From Desulfatiglandales bacterium (lineage in GTDB: Bacteria > Desulfobacterota > DSM-4660 > Desulfatiglandales > Desulfatiglandaceae): a stretch of DNA of 64,000 nucleotides. Made by a program: the position numbers and the translations under genes. Shown here piece after piece: positions 48,122 to 59,051 of the stretch. Each line of letters starts with the position of its first letter. Position 1 is the first letter of the stretch. Below the pieces are notes generated by a model. The model saw nothing but the letters and a program-made list of their open reading frames with translations, was not told the DNA's origin and ran no database searches. The DNA lies in NCBI GenBank assembly GCA_963662465.1, contig OY759599.1, positions 6,752,001 to 6,816,000 on the forward strand, written 5' to 3'.

Positions 48122-49537
48122 TTATGTGTTATTTTGCATTTTTTCAAGGCTTTGGGTTTCTTTAAGGATTTTTTCTTGAAGGGCGTTATTTCCGGAAGCC
48201 ATGCGTTTGGCTTTTTCGAAGTGGAACATGGCTTTTTGGAATCTACCGGTATTTTTAAAAAAAATGCCAAAGTTGTAATGGGCAAGGGGCAGGTTGTTTT
48301 CCCTGCCGTAACAAATGCCCAAATGGTAATAAACCTCATTTTTGACGGGCTTGAGATAAGACAGCTTTTCAAATATGCGAAGGGCTTTTTCGATTTTGTT
48401 TTGTTCTTCGTAAAGCGTGCCCATTAAAAAAAGCGCTGCTTTGTCCCCATGATCCAGGTCAAGCGCCGTTTCCAGAATCTGCATGGCTTTTTTGGTTTGC
48501 CCGTCCATTAAATAGGCTTCCCCCAGGGTTCTCAGGATGGGGGGGAATTCGGGTTGTTCCGTGCGGGCCTTTTTGAGGGCGCTGATGGCCTCGGGATATT
48601 TTGATTCTCTCATGAAAACAATCCCCAGTCCCAGTTGCGGCAACCATGCCTGGGGATTTTTTTCCAAAACATTTTGAAAATGTTTTTGTGCTTCATCGGG
48701 ATCTTTACAGATGGCCATGACAATGGTCTGGAATGCAGGAAAAAGTGCCGTCAGGTAAACAGCCTCTTTGCTTAAAACCGCCCGTTGGTCATTGCTGGAC
48801 AGCGATTCAAGATTGCTCATTCGCTCGGGGCCCGTGGGATGGGTCAACAGATATGCCGGCGTTTTTCCACTCCCCTGCCAGCTGCCCTTCTGGATTTTTT
48901 GAAGGGCGCTGATCATTGCTTTTGAATCAAAGGTGGACGGTTTGATATATTTATAACTCAACTGGTCCGCCTGACGTTCATCCTCCCGGCTGTAGTGATA
49001 CTGGGCCTGCAGCCCGGCGGCCATGGCGCCGGTGATCAACGCGGCTGCCGCCGGCCCTCCGACCAATATGCCCGCCAGGATGCCCGCCATGGTGCCGATC
49101 CCGATATTTTTGCTTTGATCGATCCGTTTTGACAGGTGTCTGGCGGCAATATGCCCGATTTCATGGCACATGACCGCCGCTAGTTCATCGACCCGGTCCA
49201 TGGCCTCAATGAGACCCGCATAGAAAAAAATGTGCCCGCCGGGACCGGCAAATGCATTGAGGGTGTTGTCGCTGATGATGTAGAACTGAAAAGGGAATGG
49301 CTTCGTTTCAAGGGGTACGAGCAGATAGTGTCCCAGATCATTGATGTATTTTGAGGCGAACGGATCCGAGACCAGTTCATACTGGCCGCTGATCTGAAGA
49401 AAAAAGGCCTGGCCCATGTTCCATTCGTCCTCTATTGAGAGGGCATGGGCTTTCGACTTGAAGGGAAGGGGAGTACTGCACAGTAAAACAGCGATCAAGA
49501 CCGAAATGGTTCGCCTTAAACGTAAATGGGCTTTCAT
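48122..49537 (-). CDS. M48 metalloprotease with TPR repeats (BepA-like)
   Basis: NAFAGPGG, HEIGH, EDERQAD, THP; start taken as MKAHL. Confidence 0.9.
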   Translation of the reverse strand: MKAHLRLRRTISVLIAVLLCSTPLPFKSKAHALSIEDEWNMGQAFFLQISGQYELVSDPFASKYINDLGHYLLVPLETKPFPFQFYIISDNTLNAFAGPGGHIFFYAGLIEAMDRVDELAAVMCHEIGHIAARHLSKRIDQSKNIGIGTMAGILAGILVGGPAAAALITGAMAAGLQAQYHYSREDERQADQLSYKYIKPSTFDSKAMISALQKIQKGSWQGSGKTPAYLLTHPTGPERMSNLESLSSNDQRAVLSKEAVYLTALFPAFQTIVMAICKDPDEAQKHFQNVLEKNPQAWLPQLGLGIVFMRESKYPEAISALKKARTEQPEFPPILRTLGEAYLMDGQTKKAMQILETALDLDHGDKAALFLMGTLYEEQNKIEKALRIFEKLSYLKPVKNEVYYHLGICYGRENNLPLAHYNFGIFFKNTGRFQKAMFHFEKAKRMASGNNALQEKILKETQSLEKMQNNT

Positions 49538-49557
49538 TTTTAACCTCCCCCCTGGTT

Positions 49558-49902
49558 TTATGTTTCGAAGGTTACCTCCGGGGCCTCGACCCAGAGCCCT
49601 TCCAGGTCGTAGAACTCCCTGATAGGTTGATAGAAAATATGGACGACCACTTCTCCATAATCCAAAAGAACCCACTGCCCGTCCTGTTCGCCTTCAATGC
49701 CGTAGAGCGGTGCATCTTTTTCCTTTAATGTTCTTCTCAGACGCCGGGCAATGGCCTGTACCTGCCTTGTGGAAGTTCCGCCTGCTATCAAAAAATAGTC
49801 CGCAACGGATGTCAAATTTTCTACGTGCAGGAGAACGGGATCAACAGCTTTTCTTTCCAGAATGGTCGCAAGGCATAATTTCGCTTTTTCGATGGAAGTC
49901 AT
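49558..49902 (-). CDS. rsfS: Ribosome silencing factor
   Basis: ADYFLIA, WVLLDYG, REFYDLEGLW. Confidence 0.93.
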   Translation of the reverse strand: MTSIEKAKLCLATILERKAVDPVLLHVENLTSVADYFLIAGGTSTRQVQAIARRLRRTLKEKDAPLYGIEGEQDGQWVLLDYGEVVVHIFYQPIREFYDLEGLWVEAPEVTFET

Positions 49903-50545
49903 CACTTCGATACAATCCTCTTTCAATAATATAGTCCCTGACGGTTTCAGGGACAAGGAAATGGATGGATTTATCCTCTTTTACCATGTTGCGAATATTT
50001 GTCGAGGATATTTCCATTCGGGTCGCCGTCATAAGGATAATCTTCCTGCCGGACGGGGCCTCAAAAAGAGTTGTGGTTTCTTTTTTCGACTTTTCGACGC
50101 CCAGGTCTTTAAAAATGGTCTGTAGTCCATGGTTTCGGAAACCTGGCCGGGAAAGAACAACAAAATGGGCATAGTCAAAGAGGCGTTTATAATCCCGCCA
50201 GGTCCTGATTTCCAGGAAAGCGTCCATGCCTAGAATAAAAAAAAGATCCGGGCTGGGACCGAAAATCCTGTGGAGTTCCAGCAGGGTTTCGATGGAATAG
50301 GAAAACCCGGGTCTTTTCCCCTCCAGGTCCATGGTTTCAAGCAGGTTTGAAGCATTCGTTCCCAACCGGGTCATGGCCAGGCGGTGGTGAAAGGGCGTCA
50401 CCGGCGTTGCGGTTTTATGAGGGGGCAGGGCAGAGGGGATCAAATAGACCTTTAGAAGCCCCAGATGCTGACAGATTTCTTCCGCTGAACGCAGATGCCC
50501 CAGATGAATTGGGTCAAAAGTGCCGCCCAGGATGCCCAGTTTCAA
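49841..50545 (-). CDS. nadD: Nicotinate-nucleotide adenylyltransferase
   Basis: GGTFDPIHLGH, PPHK, ISST.IR; TTG start. Confidence 0.95.
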   Translation of the reverse strand: MKLGILGGTFDPIHLGHLRSAEEICQHLGLLKVYLIPSALPPHKTATPVTPFHHRLAMTRLGTNASNLLETMDLEGKRPGFSYSIETLLELHRIFGPSPDLFFILGMDAFLEIRTWRDYKRLFDYAHFVVLSRPGFRNHGLQTIFKDLGVEKSKKETTTLFEAPSGRKIILMTATRMEISSTNIRNMVKEDKSIHFLVPETVRDYIIERGLYRSDDFHRKSEIMPCDHSGKKSC

Positions 50546-50555
50546 AAAAATACTC

Positions 50556-51812
50556 CTAGTTTCTGATTTGTCCCTGCCCGTAAACCACAAACTTGGTGGT
50601 GGTCAGTTCCTCCAGCCCCATGGGGCCGAAAGCATGGAGTTTGGAGGTGTTGATGCCGATCTCCGCCCCAAGACCCAACTGGTTGCCGTCGTTAAACCGC
50701 GTGGATGCATTCACCAGTACCACGGAAGAATCTACCTGCGTCAGGAAGCGCTGTGACCGTTCGTAATCATTGGTGACAATGGCTTCCGTATGTTGAGACC
50801 CATAGGCATCGATATGGTCCAGGGCCTCATCCATACTGCCGACGATTTTAACCGCCAGTACCAGGTCCAGGAATTCCGCGGGCCAATCCGATTCATCCGC
50901 GGGCGTTGCAGTGGGAATCAACGCCAGGGTTCTGGGACACCCCCTGATTTCAACACCGGCTTTCTGAAATTGTTTTGCCATTTCGGGAAGAAAGCCGGCA
51001 GCCGCATCCTCATGCACCAACAGGGTTTCCATGGCATTGCAGACGCCGGGTCGCTGGACTTTTGAATTAAAGCAGATATCTTTTGCCATTTCTATGGAAG
51101 CGGATTGATCCACGTATACGTGGCAAACGCCCTTGTAGTGTTTCAACACCGGAACCCGTGAGTGTTCCGTCACAAAACGGATCAACCCTTCTCCACCCCT
51201 GGGAATGATGACGTCAAGGTAATCATCCAGGCTGATCAGCGCATTGACGGAAGCCCTTTCGGTGCTGGGAACCACCTGAACGGCCTTTTCGGGAATGCCT
51301 GCTTCATGAAGGGCCTCCGCCATCAGTTTTCCTAAGATCAGGTTGGAATGGATGGCCTCGGAACCCCCTTTGAGGATGACGGCATTGCCTGCTTTAAGGC
51401 ATAATGCCCCCGCATCAACGGTCACATTGGGGCGGGATTCAAAGATGAAACCGATAACGCCCAAAGGGATTCGGACGCGCCCTACCAGCAGGCCGTTAGG
51501 TCGTTTCCTCATGCCCGTCACTTCTCCCACGGGATCGGGCAGCGCCGCAACTTCCCTGAGTCCGTCCGCCATGGAGGCGATAACCGCTTCATTTAAGGTC
51601 AGACGATCCAGCATGGCCGAAGAAAGACCTGCTTCCCTGGCGGCCGATAGATCTTTCCGGTTTTCGGCGATAATGGATTCCTTATGTTCCAAAAGCTTTT
51701 CGGCCATTCTCAGAAGGGCATCATCTTTTTGTGCGCTTCCCAGGCTTCGTAAACCCCTTGACGCCGTTTTGGCATCTTTGGCCATGGTCTCGATCAAATT
51801 TTCAAGCGACAT
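50556..51812 (-). CDS. proA: Glutamate-5-semialdehyde dehydrogenase
   Basis: [28 protein letters not shown]. Confidence 0.96.
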   Translation of the reverse strand: MSLENLIETMAKDAKTASRGLRSLGSAQKDDALLRMAEKLLEHKESIIAENRKDLSAAREAGLSSAMLDRLTLNEAVIASMADGLREVAALPDPVGEVTGMRKRPNGLLVGRVRIPLGVIGFIFESRPNVTVDAGALCLKAGNAVILKGGSEAIHSNLILGKLMAEALHEAGIPEKAVQVVPSTERASVNALISLDDYLDVIIPRGGEGLIRFVTEHSRVPVLKHYKGVCHVYVDQSASIEMAKDICFNSKVQRPGVCNAMETLLVHEDAAAGFLPEMAKQFQKAGVEIRGCPRTLALIPTATPADESDWPAEFLDLVLAVKIVGSMDEALDHIDAYGSQHTEAIVTNDYERSQRFLTQVDSSVVLVNASTRFNDGNQLGLGAEIGINTSKLHAFGPMGLEELTTTKFVVYGQGQIRN

Positions 51813-52972
51813 GCCTCATCTCCTTCATCTAAGTGCGCTGTCAGCACAAGATTATTTCGATGGATGACTTCGTCATCATGTTTAAACCCTAAAATAGATT
51901 CGATTTCAGCGCTCTTTGCCCCCATGATTTTTTTGATGTTTCCGGAGTGGTAGCTGACCATGCCCACTGCCACCGGTTGACCATCTTCATTGATCAGCAA
52001 TACCGAGTTGCCCAGACTGAATTGGCCCCGCACCTCTTTGATGCCCGATGGCAGCAGGCTTTTTCCATTTTCAAGAATGGCTTTCTCGGCCCCCCGATCG
52101 ATGATGATTTCCCCTTTTGGAGTCTTGGTAAAGGCAATCCAGTGTTTTCGGCTGCACAGGGAAACCGGTTCCGGCAAAAACAGGGTGCCTTCCGGCCGGC
52201 CCGCGAAGAGACGTCCAATAATGCCGGGTTTTAAGCCATTGGCAATGATGGTGGGTACGCCGGCAAGGGCTACTTTTTTAGCGGCTCTGATTTTACTTCC
52301 CATGCCGCCTCTTCCCAGGAATCCGGGTATGGCGCCGGCAAATTGCGTTATTTTTCGATTGACCTTTTCCACCACCTGTATAAGTGCGGCGTCGTCGTGA
52401 TCTCTTGGGTCTTTGTCAAACAGGCCGTCGATATTGGTCAGGTTGATCAGGAAATCGGATTCGGACAGGTTTGTCACCATGGCGCTGAGGTTATCATTAT
52501 CGCCGAATTTGATTTCATCCACAACGACGGTGTCGTTTTCATTGATAATGGGAATAATGTTCCAGGAAAGAAGCGTAAAGATCGTATTTCGTGCATTCAG
52601 GTAGCGGCGACGGTGGGTTAAATCATCACGGGTTAACAGGACCTGGCCTATTTGGTAACCGTGTCGCTCAAAGGCATTTTCCCAAGACCTGATCAGTTCC
52701 CCCTGGCCTACCGCGGCGGTTGCCTGTTGTTCGGATACCGAGCGGGGTCGATGGGTCAATTTCAATTTTCGGATGCCTGCCGCGATGGCGCCGGAGGAGA
52801 CCAGAATGATCTCCTTTCCGGATTTTTTAAGTGTGCTCATGTCGGCTGTCAGATGATCCATGACGGGTCTGTTGAGACCATCGGATGCCGTCAAGACCCC
52901 GCTTCCGATTTTGATGACAACTCTTTTTACCGATTTCAACAAGTCTTTTCTGGAAATGGTGTTTTCCGTCAT
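51794..52972 (-). CDS. proB: Glutamate 5-kinase
   Basis: [24 protein letters not shown] domain. Confidence 0.96.
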   Translation of the reverse strand: MTENTISRKDLLKSVKRVVIKIGSGVLTASDGLNRPVMDHLTADMSTLKKSGKEIILVSSGAIAAGIRKLKLTHRPRSVSEQQATAAVGQGELIRSWENAFERHGYQIGQVLLTRDDLTHRRRYLNARNTIFTLLSWNIIPIINENDTVVVDEIKFGDNDNLSAMVTNLSESDFLINLTNIDGLFDKDPRDHDDAALIQVVEKVNRKITQFAGAIPGFLGRGGMGSKIRAAKKVALAGVPTIIANGLKPGIIGRLFAGRPEGTLFLPEPVSLCSRKHWIAFTKTPKGEIIIDRGAEKAILENGKSLLPSGIKEVRGQFSLGNSVLLINEDGQPVAVGMVSYHSGNIKKIMGAKSAEIESILGFKHDDEVIHRNNLVLTAHLDEGDEACRLKI

Positions 52973-53982
52973 TTCGCTAGAATCTCTTTCCAGTTTTCAA
53001 AGATGAATTGAACTAAATCTTCGATTCCTTCACCGGTTAAGGCTGAAATACACATGGATTTTATGCCGATCCTGCCAAGGGCCTTGCGCAACGCTCTGAT
53101 ATCCTTGTTTTCAGGGCCGCAAATATCAATTTTGTTGATGACTGCAAAGTAAGGCTTTTTGGCAAGGGAATCGGAATAAGCTGACATCTCCTTCCTGAGC
53201 ATCAGAAAATCACTCAGGATGTCCTTTCCCGGTTGAGGCGTTGCATCCACCAGGTGCAATAAAAAGCGAGTTCGCTCTATGTGCCTCAAAAAACGGTGTC
53301 CCAGGCCGCGACCCAGCTGCGCGCCTTCCACGAGTCCGGGAATATCGGCAACCACCAGCGTCTGTGCGTCGTCAAAGGTCATGACGCCCAGATTGGGAAC
53401 CAATGTGGTGAATGGATAGCTGCCCACCTTGGGGCGCGCCTGTGTAAGGCGGGAGAGAAGGGTTGACTTTCCGGCGTTGGGAAGACCGACCAACCCCACG
53501 TCGGCCAGAAGCTTCAGGGTGAATTTAAGTTTCAGCGTCTCACCGGGGATACCGGGCTGCGCCATCCTTGGGGTCTGATGGGTCGATGTGGCAAAGTGCT
53601 GGTTCCCTTTCCCTCCCAAACCACCGGGAATGAGGACGATTTCCTGACCGTCAAGGACCAGGTCGGCAAGAACAAGGCCCGACTCAAACTCCTCCACGAT
53701 GGTGCCTACGGGCGTTTCCAAAATACAATCCGCGCCGTTTGCGCCGGATCTGTTTTTGCCGCTTCCCGGTGTGCCGTTTCGAGCGCTGAGATACCTTTTC
53801 GACCGGTAGTTTTCCAGGGTGAAAAGTTTACGGGTGCTTCTGATGATGACGCTCCCGCCTTTTCCCCCGTCGCCTCCGTCAGGCCCGCCTTTGGGGATAA
53901 ATTTCTCTCTCCTGAAACTGACGCATCCCCTTCCCCCATTTCCGGATCTGGCCGTGATGACGGCTTCATCTAAAAAAAACAT
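52969..53982 (-). CDS. obgE: GTPase ObgE
   Basis: FRREKFIPKGGPDGGDGG, GLPNAGKST, DIPG. Confidence 0.96.
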   Translation of the reverse strand: MFFLDEAVITARSGNGGRGCVSFRREKFIPKGGPDGGDGGKGGSVIIRSTRKLFTLENYRSKRYLSARNGTPGSGKNRSGANGADCILETPVGTIVEEFESGLVLADLVLDGQEIVLIPGGLGGKGNQHFATSTHQTPRMAQPGIPGETLKLKFTLKLLADVGLVGLPNAGKSTLLSRLTQARPKVGSYPFTTLVPNLGVMTFDDAQTLVVADIPGLVEGAQLGRGLGHRFLRHIERTRFLLHLVDATPQPGKDILSDFLMLRKEMSAYSDSLAKKPYFAVINKIDICGPENKDIRALRKALGRIGIKSMCISALTGEGIEDLVQFIFENWKEILAK

Positions 53983-54021
53983 TTATTATCTCTGGCGGGA
54001 GGGCAAAAAACGTATGGAAAT

Positions 54022-54276
54022 CTATCCGGCGTAAACACTGACTTTTTTTCGATCTTTTCCTAAGCGCTCATAGGCCACAATACCTTCAATCTTGGCAAAA
54101 AGAGTATAATCCCGACCTAATCCCACATTTTCTCCCGGGTGAATATGGGTCCCTCTTTGCCTGACAAGGATGCTTCCGGCAGTGACTTTCTGCCCGGAAT
54201 AGCGCTTAATGCCCCGTCTCTGACCGTTACTGTCTCTTCCGTTCCTTGAGCTTCCGCCTGCTTTTTTGTGTGACAT
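54022..54276 (-). CDS. rpmA: 50S ribosomal protein L27
   Basis: [14 protein letters not shown]. Confidence 0.98.
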   Translation of the reverse strand: MSHKKAGGSSRNGRDSNGQRRGIKRYSGQKVTAGSILVRQRGTHIHPGENVGLGRDYTLFAKIEGIVAYERLGKDRKKVSVYAG

Positions 54277-54291
54277 GGTTTCCCCTTAGTC

Positions 54292-54609
54292 CTAAATACC
54301 TGATTCAATGCCGCTGATTTTGATAAGCGAAAATTGCTGGCGGTGTCCGTTTTTGCGTCGATATCCCTTTCGCCGTTTATACTTAACAACCAACACTTTT
54401 CGATGCTTGCCCTGACCGGTAATGCGGCCGGCCACTTTTGAATTTTCAAGAAACGGCTGTCCTACTTCGACGGTTTCGCCATCCGAGGTCAGGAGAACCT
54501 GATCAAACATTACCGTATCCCCCACTTCTCCCGGCAGTTTCTCGACCCGAAGTTCGTCGCCCTCGGCGACCCGATATTGCTTTCCGCCAGTCTTTATGAC
54601 CGCATACAT
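54292..54609 (-). CDS. rplU: 50S ribosomal protein L21
   Basis: MYAVIKTGGKQYRV, GHRQ. Confidence 0.98.
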   Translation of the reverse strand: MYAVIKTGGKQYRVAEGDELRVEKLPGEVGDTVMFDQVLLTSDGETVEVGQPFLENSKVAGRITGQGKHRKVLVVKYKRRKGYRRKNGHRQQFSLIKISGIESGI

Positions 54610-54686
54610 AGTTTAGTCTCCTTACTGATTAAAATGAATTGGTTACTATAAAGGCTCTCTTGATTTGAGTCAAGCATAAAAATAGT

Positions 54687-55649
54687 TTATGGTGATGCGA
54701 ATGGTTGTTTATTCTTGAAATCGGGGAGAAAGGAAGGCCGGTGCGTTGAGTAATCCGGGTAAGGTTCGGGAAACTGTACGAACATATGTTGAAATCCCAA
54801 TTGGTTGGCATGATCGTACACTTCCCCGAATTCCTGATCCGTAATGGTTCGGTTCAGTTCGGCATTTTTGTGGCGGACAACGGGATAATATTGAGACATC
54901 AGGCTGATGGGTAAATTCGCGCCGAACTCAATAAACAGGATGGTCAGTGCCTCAATGGAGTTCTCGATAGCGCCCGGAAGGATCAGGTGTCTCACCAGTA
55001 CTCCCTTGGTTGCAAGGGTCGATCCCGAAACTATGCAGTCCAGAAAGCCCTTTTGCCTGACCATTTCGGAAATGGCGGTGATTGCTTTTTGGGGATAGTC
55101 CGCACACCGGGAAAGCCGGCCGGCCAGCGCTGAATCGGAATATTTGAAGTCGGGCAGGTAGATGTCGGCATACTTTTCCAGACTTTTGAGCGTTTTCTCC
55201 GACTGGTATCCTGAAAAGTTATACACCGTGGGCAGAATCAGGTTCTCTCTTCGCAGATGGGAGACCGCCTGTATGATGTGGGGTGTGAAATGATCCGGCG
55301 TCACAAAATTCAGATTGTGTACCTTTTTTATAAGGATCATCTGTTTTATTTTTTCAATCAACTGATGCAAACCGATAACTTTTCCCATGCCGCCTCGGGA
55401 AATCTGGTGATTCTGGCAGAAAGTACACTGAAGGCCGCAACCTGAAAAGAAAACCGCGCCGGAGCCGTGGGTTCCCGTGATGGGGGGTTCCTCCCCGAAA
55501 TGCGGTCCCACATGGGCCACGCGAAGCCGAGCGGTTTCACCGCAGAAGCCGGAGTTTCCATGGGTCCTGTCCACGCGACAGGTCCGGGGACAGAGGTCGC
55601 AGGATCTGTAAATGGTTGCTAGATCCGGCGCCTGGTCGGAAAACCGCAT
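54687..55649 (-). CDS. Radical SAM protein (PflX-like)
   Basis: CDLCPRTC, HFGEEPPI, CGLQCTFCQN. Confidence 0.88.
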   Translation of the reverse strand: MRFSDQAPDLATIYRSCDLCPRTCRVDRTHGNSGFCGETARLRVAHVGPHFGEEPPITGTHGSGAVFFSGCGLQCTFCQNHQISRGGMGKVIGLHQLIEKIKQMILIKKVHNLNFVTPDHFTPHIIQAVSHLRRENLILPTVYNFSGYQSEKTLKSLEKYADIYLPDFKYSDSALAGRLSRCADYPQKAITAISEMVRQKGFLDCIVSGSTLATKGVLVRHLILPGAIENSIEALTILFIEFGANLPISLMSQYYPVVRHKNAELNRTITDQEFGEVYDHANQLGFQHMFVQFPEPYPDYSTHRPSFLPDFKNKQPFASP

Positions 55650-55921
55650 ATTCCTGTTCCTTCGTCAATTTCAAAAGAGAGGCAGTATGTTCGAAAGGGA
55701 ATCCCGTGTCAATTCGAAAAATCAAAATTGCTTTAGCATTGTTTTTTAACATTCGTTCAAAAAAGGGGCTTGACGAAGTCTGTTGAATGTTTATGGTTGA
55801 AGTGCTTTGGTAGCATTAAGGTGCTTGACATCAAAGGGCGTCGTTTTATAGAAGCTACGTGAAATGTTTCCGGTACATTGGAAAATTTCAAATGTTTTGA
55901 ATTCAGGAGGATTTATAAACC

Positions 55922-56308
55922 ATGAAAGATGGAAGAATTGCTATACCGAGCATGGGGGTTGGTGGTTTGGATGGAGAGAGGTCCGGCCATTTTGGTCATT
56001 GTGATGTGTTTACCTTCGTGGATGTGGAAGCGGGCGAGGTGAAGCAGGTTTCCACCATCCCGAATGAGAGCCATGTGCAGGGTGGATGCATGGTGCCCGT
56101 TAATTTGCTGGCCGGCCACAATGTGAAGGCCTTAATTGTCGGCGGCATCGGCATGCGGCCTCTGATGGGTTTCAAACAGGTTGGGGTGGATGTGTTTTAT
56201 GATGCGAGTCGTCCCCAGATCAGACCTGTGGTTGAGGATCTGATTGCGGGTAAGCTCCAGATGATCGATGATAATCAGGTGTGTGGCGGTGGCGGCGGTG
56301 GCGTTTGA
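55922..56308 (+). CDS. NifB/NifX family Fe-Mo cofactor-binding protein
   Basis: SGHFGHC, GGIG. Confidence 0.85.
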   Translation: MKDGRIAIPSMGVGGLDGERSGHFGHCDVFTFVDVEAGEVKQVSTIPNESHVQGGCMVPVNLLAGHNVKALIVGGIGMRPLMGFKQVGVDVFYDASRPQIRPVVEDLIAGKLQMIDDNQVCGGGGGGV

Positions 56309-56357
56309 GCAAGGGTCCCCATATATTAAGAAAAATTTGAGGAAGAAGGTCGTTTTT

Positions 56358-56795
56358 ATGGAGAATGAGAAACCCAAAGACGATGTTTATAAAATGCTTT
56401 CCGAGTCTGGATATGCGGATAAGGCCATTGAATACTTTCAAAACCGAAACAATCTGGGCGTCATTGACGGCGCCGATCACTGTACGGATTTGACGGGGCC
56501 TTGCGGCGATACCATGAAGATTACCATGAATGTTAAAGGCGATCGAATCGAAGATGTCAAAATACAGGTCATGGGATGTCCGGGAGCAGTGGCTTCAGGC
56601 AGCGCCGCGGTTGCGCTTGCTAAAGGGAGGACCCTGGATGAGGCTGAATCCCTGAGTTTGGATGAGCTATATCATGAACTGGAAAAAATGCCTGACCAGA
56701 AAGTACATTGCGCCCGTTTGGCCATCAAAACCCTTCAAAAGGCCGTGGCCCAGTATCGGGAACAGCATTTAAGCCGGGCAGTCAACGAAAATTAG
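56358..56795 (+). CDS. NifU/IscU-like Fe-S scaffold
   Basis: GPCGDTM, GCP, HCARLA; start taken as MENEK. Confidence 0.85.
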   Translation: MENEKPKDDVYKMLSESGYADKAIEYFQNRNNLGVIDGADHCTDLTGPCGDTMKITMNVKGDRIEDVKIQVMGCPGAVASGSAAVALAKGRTLDEAESLSLDELYHELEKMPDQKVHCARLAIKTLQKAVAQYREQHLSRAVNEN

Positions 56796-56803
56796 GAGGT
56801 CCC

Positions 56804-57163
56804 ATGAAAATTGCCGTGACATCCAAAGGCGTCGAACTGGATTCTGAAGTGGATCCCCGGTTTGGGAGGGCAGCTTACATCCTGGTGGTGGATTCGGAGA
56901 CCCTTTCATTTGAAGTCTTGGACAATAAAGAGAATGTGAACGCATTTACAGGCGCGGGAATCCAGGCGGCCAAAATGGTGAGTGAGAAGGGCGCTGATGT
57001 TTTGTTGACCGGTTATTGCGGTCCCAACGCCTTTAAAGCCATGAATGCCGCGAAGGTTGGCGTTGCCAACGACGCGACGGGTTCCGTGCGTGAAGCCGTG
57101 GCTGATTACGTAGCGGGGAAACTGCCCCTGGCTGAAGATTCAAATGTTGAAGGTCAGTGGTAA
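56804..57163 (+). CDS. NifB/NifX family protein
   Basis: MKIAVTS, DPRFGRA, GAGIQAA, CGPNA. Confidence 0.87.
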   Translation: MKIAVTSKGVELDSEVDPRFGRAAYILVVDSETLSFEVLDNKENVNAFTGAGIQAAKMVSEKGADVLLTGYCGPNAFKAMNAAKVGVANDATGSVREAVADYVAGKLPLAEDSNVEGQW

Positions 57164-57181
57164 AAAAAGGGAGAGGAAGCG

Positions 57182-57427
57182 ATGCCGATTTTTGAGTTTG
57201 AGTGTCTTGATTGTGGTCGGAATACGGAGATATTGATTGCGAGCAACGAAACCGATTTGGTGGCTTGTGGAAATTGCGGCAGCAAAAATCTCAAGAAATT
57301 ATTGTCGGCACACGCTTCCGTAAGTCCCACCGGGAGGTTCCCTGACAATGCGGCGGATCGCTGCTGTGGATCAGGCGGTCCTCCGTCTACTTGCGCCGGT
57401 CCCGGCAGTTGCTGCGGCCGGTCCTGA
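57182..57427 (+). CDS. FmdB family zinc-ribbon protein
   Basis: MPIFEFECLDCG...CGNCGS. Confidence 0.85.
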   Translation: MPIFEFECLDCGRNTEILIASNETDLVACGNCGSKNLKKLLSAHASVSPTGRFPDNAADRCCGSGGPPSTCAGPGSCCGRS

Positions 57428-57774
57428 TCCGGGGCCTGTTTTTTCGGCGTTTATTTCAATCGCGTATTTCGCAACTGAGCAATGCCGGTCGTATTTTGAT
57501 TGAAATTGTTTTCCGCTGTGCTGTACCCTTCACGTTCCCGATTCTTCTTGCTCCTGTTGTGATCCGGGGCTATAATTATCCTTTTTCTAACCCATCTCAA
57601 CGTTTATGAAAATTCGGGATTCAGTGTTTAATGCACTGAATTCCGAATCCTGGTTTCTGAATGCTTTGTTCAATTCATAAATTGCCGGAAAGGGGGTGAC
57701 GTGTTTTGATGGCGGCACGATGCTTAGGATAATGTCTTTATCCATCCGTTCACTTAAAAGCAAAGGGGGAACCC

Positions 57775-58818
57775 ATGAAAGATGTAACGCGAAGGGATTT
57801 CATGAAAAATGTGGCTATTGGCGGTGCTGTGCTGGGGCTTGGAAGCGCCGTGTTAAGCAAACCCGTAAAGGCGCTTGCCGGTGGGCAACATGATATTGGC
57901 CAATGCAAGAGCGTCAAAGTGAAATGTATTTCGGAATTGGGGTGGTTTGACAGCAAAGAGCTGATTGCACAGATGAAGGCAGCGGGAGGTCCCAAAACCA
58001 ACCAGTGGGAAATCCCCTGGGATCCCAAAAATGCCGCCGGCAGTTGTACGCTCATCGACATGGAAAGCCTGGATGGCAAGCACCACAAAATTCTCTTGGA
58101 CACGGGGTGGAACCGGGAATATATCGATGAGTGCTTCAAGAGAGAAGGCATCGATACCATGCTTAAGAACGGGGAGATCGAAGCGCTCGTTATCAGTCAC
58201 GAACACCTGGATCATTACTGGGGCCTGGAGACCACTCTCAAGTACAAGCCCGATATCAAGATCATCATTCCCAGCACATTTTATCCGGAAGGGATGTTTT
58301 ATCTGCGTGGCACGGAATATTTTACCCCGAATGCTCGGAACCGTGTGACTCACAGTGGAGAATTGGTCAAATGCGAGCCCGGAAAAGTCAACAAATTGTA
58401 TGATGGTTGTGCATTGGTTGCCTTTGATCTGCCCATTATAATCCGCGTCCGCGGTGAACAGTCCCTTTATTTCAATGTTAAGGATAAGGGGATGGTTTGT
58501 GTTACCGGGTGTTGCCATCAGGGCATTCTGACATTTGCTGATTTTGCGGCGGAAAATATTGCTGGCGGCGACAACATGTACGGCCTTTACGGGGGACTCC
58601 ACATTGCGCCTTTTGGTCCGGTGAATCCCGAACGGGAATACCTGATCAAGGGTATGGGCAATTACAATTTCAAGAAAATTGCTTGCAACCACTGTACCGG
58701 TCTTGCCGCCGTCAAAAAAATGGTCGAATTTGGATACCCAATGGTTAAGGGAACGGCCCGTTACGGGTCCAAGAGCGACCTCTACGTTGGGAATGGAGAT
58801 GAGGTCCTATTCGGTTGA
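57775..58818 (+). CDS. Tat-exported MBL-fold metallohydrolase
   Basis: TRRDFMK signal; SHEHLDH; TGCCH; GGLH; NHCTG. Confidence 0.88.
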   Translation: MKDVTRRDFMKNVAIGGAVLGLGSAVLSKPVKALAGGQHDIGQCKSVKVKCISELGWFDSKELIAQMKAAGGPKTNQWEIPWDPKNAAGSCTLIDMESLDGKHHKILLDTGWNREYIDECFKREGIDTMLKNGEIEALVISHEHLDHYWGLETTLKYKPDIKIIIPSTFYPEGMFYLRGTEYFTPNARNRVTHSGELVKCEPGKVNKLYDGCALVAFDLPIIIRVRGEQSLYFNVKDKGMVCVTGCCHQGILTFADFAAENIAGGDNMYGLYGGLHIAPFGPVNPEREYLIKGMGNYNFKKIACNHCTGLAAVKKMVEFGYPMVKGTARYGSKSDLYVGNGDEVLFG

Positions 58819-59051
58819 TGTTGCATGTTTATCTTTGGTTACCTTTTTCACACAGGTTCAGAGATGAATATATTTCAGCTTTCTGAACCTGTGTTGCATA
58901 TCCCCGCCTTGATGCATGGCACTTGACTTTTTCGAGAATGATGCATATCTATTGCGTGTCTTAAAGCTTTCCAAGATAGGAATTTCGGGAAACTTTTTTA
59001 ATATCGCTTATCAATTATTCCGGTTTGTCCGGTTGAGGAGACATCATAACA